A DNA stretch of 58,387 nt, taken from contig LT635918.1 of NCBI GenBank assembly GCA_900128565.1, positions 1 through 58,387 on the forward strand, written 5' to 3'. The notes beneath the pieces are model-generated. The model made no database searches, was not told the origin of the DNA, and saw only the letters and a program-made list of their open reading frames with translations. Position 1 is the first letter of the stretch. Each line of letters begins with the position of its first letter. The DNA is from Stramenopiles sp. TOSAG23-6. Taxonomy: Eukaryota. Below, in pieces: positions 37,693-50,007 of this stretch. The position numbers and the translations under genes are program-made.

Positions 37693-40600
37693 ATGATCAA
37701 ATTATATTCAGATTCTCGTTCTGGTGTAGAATGCATAGATAAAGGTGAGTTTGCATTATCGAAGCTCAAAAAGTTGTGTGAAAAAGTGCGTATGAAAGTG
37801 GATAATGACTGGTACGTTCTTGTTATGTCACACCCGATTACGAAAGATGAATCTGAAGCTGAATCTCAACAAACAGTATTACCTAATGATTCTTCAAAAT
37901 GGATAGAAGGTGATCACTTAGATGTTGATTTCAATGGCACTTTTTATGGTGCTAAAGTTCTGAAAACGGTGCCCACGAAACTTTGGGTGAAATATCTCGA
38001 TGGATCTAGAGAAGGAATCGTTTGGGAAGATGTACCGGATCGTGTAGAAAAACGTAGATTAGAGGTATCCTACCATTGTGGCTCTAAAACGTTTAACAGT
38101 ATTAGAGATGTAATGCAAGAATTATCGAAAAGAAAATCTTCCATTCACAAGGAAAATTCAAGTGATAGTTCTAATTCAAGTAAGAGCTCAGCAAAAAACG
38201 CAACCAAAAAAAAAGCAAGAAAAATACAAAGTAAAACGAACGCAAATGGTAAGAAGAAATCAAAAGCATTTGACAAGAAACAGTCAAATTTATTCTCATT
38301 TTTTGCATCTCCAACAAATCAATCGAAATTAACAGAGTCAGAGATGAATAAAGATGTTGATGATGACGAGCAATTCGGAGGAAATAATAAAGATGTTGAT
38401 GATGACGAGCAATTCGGAGGAAATAAGAGAAAAAGGCGAAAAATTAATTATTCAGAGGTAATCTCATTATCCTCAGACGAAGAAGTAGTTTCAGAAAAAG
38501 TAGTTTCAGAAGAATCTGAATTTGAAGAGGTTGAGGAAATAATTTCTGAAGAATCTGAATTTGAAGAGTTGGAGGAAATAATTTCTGAGGAGGAGGAAAA
38601 TGATGACTTCGAAGAAGATTCGGAATTCGGAGAGAGAGTTCCTAAAAAGAGAAGGAAACAAAGTAATAAAAATAAAAACTTGTCGAAAAATAAAAAAGGA
38701 AAAACCATGAAAACAAAGTCAACGAATGAAATTTCGGATAAATATGTTCAAGTGGATTCGAATGACTTATTTGAACTATCAAAAAAACGTTTGAAGAAAG
38801 AAAAGGATGCATTACGAAAACGAAAAAATGCTCGTAAGGCAAATGATCCTCTAAATCAACGTGGAAACAAAGCCGATTCTGCCATTCAAGACGGAGGAGA
38901 GTATTTCGATCCAGCAACATTACAAGGCGATATGTCGTCTCTTCCAGTTGAAGTTTTAAGACGACAATTTGTTACACTTTGGCCTCTCCTTTCGAAAGCT
39001 CAAAAGAATGGTGATTTTGTATTTGAATATGGAAAAAGCAAAAATTTATTCGAAGGTATCACTGTGCAGACTGCATGTAGTGGTACTGATGGCCCAGTCA
39101 TTGCACTACAGATATTCAAAGAAATTGCTACCGAACTCCGAAAGCGTCAAGAGACACTTTGTGGGGAACATTGGAAATTTGATTATCAACACGTTATGAG
39201 TTGTGAAATTGTTCCTTTCAAACAAGCTTATCTTGTTCGAAATTTTGAGGACGTCAAAGTGTTTGCTGATATCAAAGAAATTGCAAAGAGTGAAGCTAAA
39301 ACTGCATTTGGTGGTACTGTTTCTGTTCCCAAGGGGAATTTTTTCATGGCTGGTACATATATGTTTTATTTTTTTTCAATTTCGAGTTTTATTTTTTTTC
39401 AATTTCGAATTTATTTTTTTATAAAAATTTTTTACCTAACAAATTTTAGGGTTTTTTTTTTGAAATATTTTTCCAAAATACATCGTGTAAAGATTTTTCG
39501 ACTTTAAGAACTTCTGGTAAGTTAGATATGCTTGAAAGTAAAGGTATTAGTGGTGAAACATTTTTTGCTGCGTGTGAATTTATTTTTAGTCAGGCTCAAA
39601 ACTGGATAATATTTGAAAATGTTGATGGTGCACCATGGGAACAGATGGAACAGTACATCACTGGTCGACTTCCATTGTGGAGTCTTTATGATAAAGCAAA
39701 AAGTGGAAAAAAATGCGGAGATCTTGAGAGTACACAAAATAAATCGAAAGAGAATTCACAAATTATGTTTACTTTAAGCCAAGACGGTCGATGGGAAACA
39801 ACTCATGTTCCTCCAAAGAACGGTTGTCGACTTGGTGGTATATTATATGCAATTGATCGTGGATACACTCAACGTGGTCATACCGCTGATGGTTCGCCTA
39901 TTAAGAAACCTCAACGAAGGCTTGTTGAAAAGGAAAAGGAAATTGAAGTTGGGACAACGATGACTATCGAACAATTAGCATCTCACTTAGATTGTGAAAT
40001 GACATTAGATACATTTGTTTTTGAAGGACCAAAAGATTTATTAACTGGAGAAATAGTTTTTTATAGATCGCAAGTCGTGAAATGTGATACAAAAGAATAT
40101 GGTTTACCACAAGTTCGTAGAAGAAAATATATGTTTGTATATAGATTAGATTGGGTAGCTGACATACAAGATGATTTAGATGAAGCAGGAATAGATTTAG
40201 GAGAACTTTTTGAAGAATTAGTAGAGTGCATGCAAGAACCCGTCAATTATGCTCTTACAGCATATGTACCAGATGATACCGATCCTAAAGTTCGTCGTAT
40301 GAGAGATAGACTACGTGGTCCAGTTGGGCGTAAAACTGCCCGAGATGAATTGCGTAATAATTCTTATTATTATAATCTTACAGCAAACGTGAAGCACGGT
40401 GTTAAAATGCGAAATGATTGTAATTTGATTGAACGTTGTGATAAAGATTTTTCAACAAAGCCAATTACGGGATGGGGCGAAAGAGGTAAATCAAAAAGTA
40501 TCATGTATAATTTATGGCCTTGTATGTGGGATACTGTAATGACTCAAAGACGTCGAGATATGATTGATATTTTTGCGATGAATCAATCTGCTCCTGTTGT

Positions 40601-43600
40601 ATTAAAACACTCAGATAAATGCCACGATTCTTTACATACAGGTTATATATGGGATCTTTCACAAAATGCTACAATTACGACTCCACATCCTGCAACACCT
40701 GGTTGCTCTGGTTGTATTACTCCAGCTGGATTAAGTTTCCTCCCACAATTTGGTCGGATGCTCACTGGTGGAGAAAAACTTGCTTTCCAAGGTATTCCTA
40801 TTGATCGACTTCAACTAGGACAAGAAACAGAAATGCAACTTGGTGATTTAGCAGGTAATGCAATGAGTTTGACTGTGATTTCTGCGGCAATGCTGGCAGC
40901 TCTTAGTGTAAAACAATTTGCAAGAGAGAGATTGGCAAATAAGAAATTTCTACTCAAAGAACCTGTCCCTGAATTATTAGTTACGACAACATTTGCACCC
41001 CCTGAAAAAGATAAAAATGTGACATATCAGAAAGACTCAAAAGAGTTAGATGCAGTATCCTCTTTCCATGATATAGCAAAACTTGCATATGAAGCAGAGT
41101 CCGCTTCCGTATTGTGTGTCTGTGAAACAAGTGGTGGTTCATCAGCGTCTAGTATATTGCGATGTTCAAATTGCAATTTCACTTTTTGTAGATCATGTGC
41201 GTCGCGTGGCCTTGATTTGGCATGCCACAAAGTTTGTGATTATTCTGTCATGCATCCAACCGAAACATCCACTGCATCTGCAGGAAATAAATCTCGAATT
41301 GGATCTGTGAGTTTCGAGCAGAAATTACGTTGTGCAGCACCATCGTGTCTTTCATTACCATCTAAAACTGAAGCAAAACTTATAGGTAATTCAGATCTTT
41401 CGGATTCTATATTTTATTTACGAAAAGTGAAACGCAAACGTGGATTTTGGGAGTTAACGTATGTTGCTGCTGCTCAAACAGGTCAACTCCTTGGAGATTT
41501 TATTTGTTGTGTCGGTCGAGTTCCTGAACTTTCTAGTGAAATTTCTAATTATGGTATGACTGCGTATGTACGTCTTTTCCCAAAAGGTAAGCGTGGTATT
41601 TTACCTCCCGTTGTTCGCCGTCACTTTGTTGTCGATGACTCTGGAAATATCAAACCTTCAACTTGGGAAACACGAAATTCATTTTCTCTTCAAGTTGAAG
41701 TCAATGGATCCGAACCTACTCCATCGTATAGAAAGACCATGGGAAATAAAACATTTCAGACAGGTACAATGTCTATTTGGCCTAAATTGATAGAATTTAC
41801 TGTTACAAATATGGAGACCAAAGAAAATGAAAATGAATATAATCTTTTGAACGATAGAATATTTAAACGATTAAGCTGTAAAGGTACAATAAATCAAAAT
41901 GCAATTTGGCAAAGTAAAGCAGATTTGAAGAAAAAAGATGATATTGAACTCTTTATTTTAATAAGACCATCTAGCAATCGGACCAGTCGTGTCAATATGA
42001 TTGTCTGTAGTTCTCGTGACTATCATAGGCAGGGAAGTTTACTCGCCGAATTCCCCACTACATTTATGCCAGAAGTCATATTATCTCCTGACAAATTTGA
42101 AAAATTCGCTGATAAAAAAGAAGAAATCGAGCAGAAATCTATTGCGTCATTCTTTACTGGTAAGGTAAGTTCAAATACAAAAGGAAAAAAACGAAAGTTA
42201 CCACCGAAAAAGAAAAAAGTAACAGATCGTTTAAAGATTAGCATGGCAGTACTGCGTGGAGGGACACAACGTGTGACTACATACACATGGACCAAGACAC
42301 CTCAAATTAAGTTCATTGCTCCACCTCAATCTCTAAAAATTAGTGGGCCTAAAGATACTTCGATATCTGGATTAGATGAATTAGTTGTTTCTTTAGTCGA
42401 AAGTATTCCGTTTGGTACGATGAAACATATTTCAGAGCCAACACGCATCGAAGAATTAATGAGAACAGGTAGTAATAATGATCAATTTATTATTTTTATT
42501 AATGGCACTGGTGGAACTGCATCACAAACTAGACATCGATTTGCTGATTCATTAACTGCTCCACTTTTACAGTTTTCTGCAAAAGGAAAAGGTATCAAAA
42601 GTATTAATTCATGGCAGGTATTAAAACAGAAATCAAATGACTCTGATAATTGTGGTCAGTGGGGCTTAAATACTATATATTCGCCTAAACCACCTGTTGC
42701 CGAATTTTGCAAGGTTGTTACAAGAAATAAAACATATTTTGAGCCAAAATATGATGGTATGGGAAGTAATGAATATGAAAAAGCCCTGCGCGCTGTTCCG
42801 GAACCTTGGCATCTTAAAGTTGATATGGAAAAACGAGTAATGGAAATTGTTGCAAGCCCGTGTGTTCCTTGCCATCAAGTTGCAGCTGATCTTCTTATAG
42901 GTCGTCATTTTACTGCTGCTGCAAACGTGACTGTAGAATGGAGAGTATCAGGATCAGCAACGGAAACAATAATCACTGGTACTACCACTGCTGATGTCGC
43001 ATCGACTTCAACTTTCAAAGTCCCTACATCATCAAAATATGTTGAAACAGTTCCACAAGATTGTAAAACACCAGACCAATTTGTTGGTAAACATCCAGTT
43101 ACTGGAGATCCTTTGAAACTTTTCCCGCGACAAGAACTTGCGTTAACTCGTATGGTATCTATGGAATCAGGTAATGTTTATTTTACTGAGAAAGAGTTGA
43201 GACAAGTTCCTTTCCGAGGTTTGCCGTCATGGGTTATGGAAGCAAAAGCATCAAGGAAAGTTAAACTTAGAGGTGGCGTACTTGCGGACGTCATGGGTGG
43301 TGGAAAAACTGCGACTATAATTGCTTTGATTGCTCGATCTTGTGAAGAGAGTCGTCGAGAACGAAAAAGACTTCAAGAAGAAGGCAAACCATGGGCAAGC
43401 TCTGCAACACTTGTAATTGTACCACCAAATTTAACTTCATCATGGCATCATGAAGTGAAGAAATTTACACGGGATAAGCTTGCTATGGTTGTTATAGACG
43501 ATACTGAAAATTTATTAAAAATTACTAGAAAAAAACTCTGTGAAGCCGATATTGTAATCGTAAATATGGCTATTCTTATTGATGGTTCCGGTGATCTTGG

Positions 43601-45119
43601 CATTACAGCCCTTGAAAAAAAATTGAAAGGGTCCTCTTTTATTACGTATTTATCGAACTTATCGAAAAAATCCAAATTTGGTGAACTTCCGATACAACTT
43701 CCGAAAGTATCTGGTTTCAAAGCTGTAGATACTCTCAAGGGTCGTACTTACGTTGATCATCCTGCCAATCCATATGGTGGACATGGTGCCCAAGGCGTCC
43801 GTGGTCAGAATAAACGTAACGATGCTGCATATTTCACTTCAAAATATTGGGAATCTCTTTCTAAATTACGTAAAATTAAATTTTCCGAGGACACTAAAGG
43901 AATTCCATTGGAATGGTTTTCTTGGACACGTTTAGTATTTGACGAGTGTCACGAAGCAACTTGCCCTCCTGAACTAGAAGCTGATTTCGATGAAGATGAA
44001 GGTTCTACAAAGATTCGTGGGAAATCCAAGGAAGCTAAAGCTGCTAAACTAAAAGCTATGTCAAAAGAAAAGAAATCAGAAAAGAGACGTAAAGTTAAAA
44101 ATGTCACACAACGAGCTCTTGCGGCACGTGAACTTCTAGGACTTGCAGCGGAAGGAGATGCAGAACGTCCACTTAGGGCTCGTGGTGGAGTATGGGGTTT
44201 GACTGGTACACCAATGCTTTCGTCGGAAGATCGAGTTATTGAGCTTGCGTCAATGTTTCGAACATATTGTATTGGTCAAGCGAAACATTGGCGTCGTTCA
44301 GAACGAGCTAGCCGTCGTGATCTTTTCTTACAACAACTTGATTCTGAAGGATCCATTGATTATGCAATTGCAAGAAGAGAACACGCCCAAGAATTTATAA
44401 ATTTCGCAGTCCAACGAAATCGTGCAACTGAATTTAATGGTGAAAAAGTAGAGAAAATTTGCGAAGTATCTATGTCAGCTGAAACATCACAAAAATTTCA
44501 TGAATTATCACCACAATCTGCTTTTGCAATTGGTATGAAAACAGATGAAGTGGTATGTAAGAATTTCAATGAAATTGAGATACTTCGCGAGATAGCTCCA
44601 GCGCGCTCAATAAAGGTAGCAGAGATTGTTCGAAAGATTCATGTCGAAGATCCAGTCGGTAAGGTTGTCGTCTTTGCACCAGATGCAGATGAAGCCTTTA
44701 ATGCAGTTTGCAAAGCATTATCTGACGCTCCAGGTGGAATGAGCTTCTTTAACGATGAAACTCCTGCATCACAGAGACGTGAAATTATCTCCTCTTTTGC
44801 ATCTGTAGATCAGCTCGAAAGTGATCTTAAAAATCCACGTGTACTTGTTTTACCATTTTCTCATGCTGCTGGACATAATTTTCAGTATGTAAGTTGTAAT
44901 ATGATTCTTGTTGCACCTCTTTGGCTCGGTGATGATGGGGTAAGAGCAGTAGCAAATGAACAACAAGCGATTGGTCGAATATTTCGTTCTGGACAACTTA
45001 AGAAATGTACAATATATCGAGTACTTCTGTGTGGACCAAATGGGGAGAAAACAATCGACCATTCTCTTTATGGGGTTAATACTGATGCATCTAACATTGA
45101 GGCTGCGACTAGTTGTTGA
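37693..45119 (+). CDS. DNMT5: DNMT5-type cytosine-5 DNA methyltransferase fused to an SNF2 ATPase; 2 exons (to 39358; from 39484)
   Basis: TACSGTDGP, SCEIVPFKQAYL, AGT|SCKDFS, IFENVDGAPW, YGLPQVRRR, GDLAGNAMS; SNF2 motifs GGVLADVMGGGKT, DECHE, LTGTP, QAIGRIFRSGQ; start codon uncertain. Confidence 0.9.
39359..39483 (+). other. Non-canonical intron, family member (ATATGT...AAATACAT; AT..AC register 39357-39481)
   Basis: Removing 125 nt restores AGTSCKDFS; flanking direct repeat TACAT; TACCTAAC and AAATATTTTTCCAAAATACAT present. Confidence 0.88.
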
Positions 45120-45219
45120 TAGTGAGATGTTTCACGCGAGAAAAATATTTCTATTTTATAAAAAAAAAAGGAAAAAAAATATTTAACGGTGATTTAAAAT
45201 ATTTAAAAATGAAAATATT

Positions 45220-48200
45220 TCATAGAAATGACAATAGTGATTTCCCTGTTGCTCCAAGTGCACTCCGTCGCAGTGCTTCTCCTGGATAAGAATTGAACCA
45301 CCCCCCACTACCTTCAGATGTATCAGTTTCATTGAAGCCTGGTGCGCGAACTTGGTTATGAATAGACACAATTTCAAATGCAGGATTAAGCAACTCTAAG
45401 CCAGCACATTGCAAACGTCTAACCATTACACCATCTCCCCGAAGCATTCCTAATTGAATATCTCCCGAGTTTTCAAGTACAGATTTGCAACCAGCTCCAT
45501 CACGTCGATGTGTGTACTGTAATGGATATCCATCTAATCCAATAAACTCCGTTGAATTAATATCTTGTGGTTGAGGAATTTCAAATGTTTTCAAAAGTTT
45601 TGGAGGTAATGGAGGAAATACAACCCACGCATCCTGGGAATCAACACGTGGCCATAAAATTTTTCTGCCTTCATAATTAAGTTCCCAATGTACAAGTGAT
45701 AAAGCAGTATTTTTTAGACGATGACGCGGAATTTTCGATAACTTTGACAAAGAAAGATCAAAATAAATATCTGCATTAATCAGAATAGCCGCTTGATTTT
45801 TTAGATGTTCCTCTGCATACCGTAAGGCATCACCAAATGATATGTGTTTTCCAATCGGAACGTGGACCAATTTATCGAGACCTCGATATTTTCTACTAAA
45901 AGAGTGGAATTCTTCAATGTTGATGTCTTTAGTAGTGTTGCCTTCGCTTAAGACATGAATATTATATATAAATGGATTTAAAGTGTTATTGCGCAATGCT
46001 TCGTCTAACTCTCTTTGTCTACTTTTTCGTTTAGGGTTATAATATTGTACTATTAAATGCACCTCAAGACAGTTTGGCTGATCACTATGAATGACATCAT
46101 CTCGACAAACATGGTGTACATCAGTAGAGGTGATTTCATTGTCTTCATTCATTCTGCTTTGCACTAGCGTTTTTTCCATAGTTTCCCTAATATTTTGACG
46201 TCGTTTATAAATGTCACGAAATAACTGATCAATAGCGGCATCTCTGTTTTCGAGAAAATCTGGTACATTTTCTTCAACATTATTTGCCGAATTATGCAAC
46301 ACATATTCATTATTATCTCTTGTATAGTTAAAGGATTGACCATATAAAAATGGAAGAATAGAATCGGTTTGCAAACTACTCCAACAATGACTCATTGCAG
46401 ACAAAAGACCCGACCACTGATTTTGCAATGTATAAATCATAGTTGCCAATGAACCATCACCATTACTGTGAAGTAGTTTTGCACCTCTACTATTTCCAAA
46501 AAAGTTAGAATCATTTTGTATCTCATTTAGTAAAATCAGATCTATAGATGGAGCCCTCCACTTCACCAAAGCAAGATGGATTACTATCATAAACTCTTTT
46601 TCATTAAAAGCTTCAAGGCTTACACCCATATATTGTGAAAAATATTCCAAATTAAAAAACTTGTTAGGCACGAAACCTCTACATTAAGTTGGGTACAAAA
46701 AAAAATCTGAAATTAGTACTGAAAACAAAAAAATCAAAAGGTAGTACTGAAAACGAACATTAACCTTGAGAAAGCTTTCACATTTTGTAATCCGAGATCT
46801 GAGTTAGATGCAATCGATAAAAGTAACCTAGCAATAAAAAAACTTATCGATTCGTCCTTTGGTTCACCATCTAAATTCCATTCANTNGNTNCNANCTGTT
46901 TTTTTTTNTATGAANATTTNCATCACAAAAATCTCTCCCATGACATTGATCTAATTTAGTATCGTTGTTGTCTTCATATTCTTCATATTCGACTTGTGCA
47001 TATATTGCACTCAAATACCGTTTCACCAAAAGATCACTACAAAGATCAACTCTTTCAATAAACGGAGTTCCTGTTTCATATACTATATTACTTGTTTTAT
47101 TGTCTATCTCATAGTCAGTCAAAGCAGATAAATGACCACCATTTGTATATAACCAGAGCGCTTCTTCGTGTGTAACAATTGACTCAGAAATACGACGCTG
47201 TGCCATTAAATTCCATCCAATTAGACTTAATAGTTCAGCAAGTTGAAGTCTTACTCCATCAACAACATCAGTTATATTATGCAGATATTCAAACCCACCG
47301 TTAATAAACTTAGCAGCTCGAGTTTGATATTTTTTTAATTTCTTAATAATTGTTCCATAAGTAACATTGTATGAATTTGATAATGATTTTGAAATGTTGG
47401 GTAGTCTATCCAACAAAATGGATAAGCACATTCGAGCATCATTGTATCTACGATGAGTGGAGAGGATTGAAGACATTTGAACAATTCGACGAATTTGTGA
47501 TCCAACATTTTCTAATTCTTCTTCGATGTTTTTTTTCTTTTTTGAATTCAATATTATGTTCGAACGATCAATCTCTCGTCGTATAAACTCATTTGATAGT
47601 TTTGGAACATTTGGCAATTTTCCATGTGAATGAACTATTCCAGACCAACTGATTTCAGATTCACTTCCCCATCCTAGTGTATAATATTTCTGTATCGATG
47701 CTGCTAGTGATTCAGCATCTACACTAAATGTTACATTATTTGATATTTTCGTTTTGTTTTCTCTTAAATCAATTGGTTTCATACTTTTAATACCATCTAA
47801 ACAGACTAGACACTTACCTCTAGAAATTCCAGGGGACCCACAAGTATTGTGAAAAAATATCTCAAAACAAAATCGTTAGGTACGAAATTTCGTATGAAAA
47901 AACAATTTAAATTAGAAATTCATATAAAACATACTCCATAAACCTTCAGCGTCAACAAACGAAGACAACCATGGATCAATTAGCATATACAATGATTCAT
48001 ATTTTTTATGTGGCCCATGAGCATTCGATGTAATGTAACTCATCCAAAATTCATTTGGATGAATATTTGTATGCTTGGGTGGTTTATGAATTTTACCCGT
48101 GGAACTTTTAAATGTTTCTGTTGGAGTATTTTCTGTATTTATATAATTTACAAGCCATGAACGAAATTTATGCCATGATGAAACAGTTGGCGAAAATCCT

Positions 48201-49692
48201 CTAAAACTTACTCGTTTGTTGAATTGTGTTCCTTGAGGAGTCGCCATCCACAAAACTTTATTTTTTTCAAAATATTCTTTCTTTGTATTTGCATTTATAA
48301 TTTGATGCTTTTCATCTACAGATTTTGCAACATTTGCACGAAGTTTTTTCCACTTTGAGTTATCTAAAGTCCAATCTTCAGGATTTTCGTCATTTAACAA
48401 ACCAGCGATATGAGTGCGCGAATAGTTGACACCTAATCGATATAACTCTGTGGTAGATATACATATATTGTGAAAAAATATATTTTTTTATAAAATTTGT
48501 TAGGTACGAAATTTCGTACGAAAAAAAAACTAAATTTGAAAAAAAATAAAACATCCGCTTACCTTCTACAAAATCTGGACGTGCTCCATTTGGAAGTAAC
48601 CCTAAGAAACCAAAAACATGAGGAAGTATTGTGAAAAAATATATTACCTTTGAAATTTGTTATTTACAAAATTTTGTACCAAAAAAAAATAAATTCAAAG
48701 TTGATTGAAATACAAGAGCAAAAAAAATATTAGGTACAAAATTTCGTATGAAAAAAAAATCGAAATTGAGATGAATGATGAAAACAAACATTACCACCAT
48801 ATGCGTAATGTTCCGCTATGAGCCATTGTGCAAAATGTGGCGAGACTCTCATTTCACTACTCAAAAATATCATCGGCCAACTTGAAGTGTCAGGTTGATT
48901 GAAAATAGTCAATTGATTATCAACCCATTCAAGGACTTCTGTTGCTGATAAACGTGTCGTGTCAGTACTGAGTGGAACTTTTCGAATATATTTTTCTCCC
49001 CATATCCATTTTATGTTTTGAGTATTTCGTATAAATTTTTTTGTACCCACATCAGATATTGAGTTTATTTCATATATTGTAACACATAAGTGCACAGCAG
49101 GAATGTTACCATACTCTGCATTGTTCAGTGAAACAAGTAGGCTATTTAAATCTTCCCAGTTGTAGTCAGTAATAATTATGTGAATTAATAGTCCAATAGA
49201 TGGATATTGATTGACCAAAGGGAGTTGAGCTGATAGAGGCCAATATGAAAATTCAACTGTTTGTGATTTTTGAATATTCCCATACACTGCCATTACAGTA
49301 AACAAAAAAAAACCTCCCGTGGAAGGTAGTTCAAAAGGCAAAGTCTTTTTATAGTCCATGATATCAGTACTATTAGGTGACTCCGTGATATCGGTATTAG
49401 GTGAAAATGGTGTTGGTAAACAGTCTACATAGAGCGATGTTGCGTGATATACATCTCCATCGGCACTATTCACGTTAATTTGCCGCAGACGTACACAAAG
49501 ATTTTCTATTTCAACGTCGCTGTCCCCAGAAAAATGTCTTCTTACTTTTGCTTTTACAAGGACGGACGGAGAAAAGAGTAAGGACAAATTTGATGGACTC
49601 CGTATTTCTACAGATTCAGAAATACTTAAGGTTGCACAGTTCTTTACATGAATAAACACTATCAATAAAGTAACTAAATATATGTAACGCAT
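45220..49692 (-). CDS. Large signal-peptide protein with glycosyltransferase-like domains; 6 exons (49692-48790, 48623-48557, 48462-47935, 47841-46922, 46883-46759, 46678-45220), about 1333 aa
   Basis: Four ORF-track fragments join in one frame (4002 nt total); N-terminal signal; GT-A-like LLVSLNNAEY..EMRVSPHFAQW; C-terminal LIVQYY..RQREL..INADIYFD..SQDAWV. One junction lies in an N-rich patch. Confidence 0.6.
46679..46758 (-). other. GT-AG intron with family-like 5' end and branch region (80 nt)
   Basis: AT|GTTCGTTTTCA...TTTTGTACCCAACTTAATGTAG|; joins ..FSRL-I-GFVPNK.. in frame. Confidence 0.65.
46884..46921 (-). other. N-rich patch, probably a collapsed family intron
   Basis: Begins AT|GNAAATNTTCAT (family: AT|GTATATTTTCAT), ends in T; removal joins ..DFCD-EWNLDG.. 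in frame. Confidence 0.45.
47842..47934 (-). other. Non-canonical intron, family member (GTATGT...CAATACTT)
   Basis: 93 nt, contains an in-frame TAA; perfect TACGAAATTTCGTA followed by CCTAAC. Confidence 0.8.
48463..48556 (-). other. Non-canonical intron, family member (GGATGT, or GTAAGC at 48562, ...CAATATAT)
   Basis: GTACGAAATTTCGTAC palindrome plus CTAAC; either donor keeps the frame. Confidence 0.75.
48624..48789 (-). other. Non-canonical intron, family member with duplicated core (GTTTGT...CAATACTT)
   Basis: 166 nt; two copies of the palindrome/branch module; joins YGGN-PHVFGFLG in frame. Confidence 0.78.
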
Positions 49693-50007
49693 TGTTTAAA
49701 GATATACTGAAACTCTGCCGAAATAAAAATAATCCTCTTTTTACCTCAGTCCACTAAAACTTTATAAAAAGAGGCTAAAAACTTGGTTTGAATTCATTCA
49801 ACATTTGAACATCAAATATGCAAAAAACAAAAAATTTAGCCGCAGGTTTGTCCGCCGACCGGTCAATTTTGACGTTTCGGTTTCACTTTTCCATAAAAAG
49901 GATACATTGCCTTTGCAACAACAACGAGAGATCTTGACAAACGTAAATCAGATTCAAGTAAGCTCTTTTCCAAATATCATTTTGACATAAATCTCAAATA
50001 GTGCATT

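Noticed and set aside
38347-38591. 39-bp duplications in the DNMT5 acidic region (and short repeats in the U2AF2 tail)
   Set aside because: In-frame slippage in disordered protein regions; ordinary
3481-39481. Calling the AT..AC-register introns standard U12 (minor spliceosome) introns
   Set aside because: No RTATCCTT donor or TCCTTAAC branch; the branch-like motif is 33-44 nt from the end; in that register four of eight copies would start GA, GC or TT
37693-45119. Prokaryotic restriction-modification or defence methylase-helicase
   Set aside because: Motifs are DNMT5-specific, the gene has an intron, and the neighbours are eukaryotic
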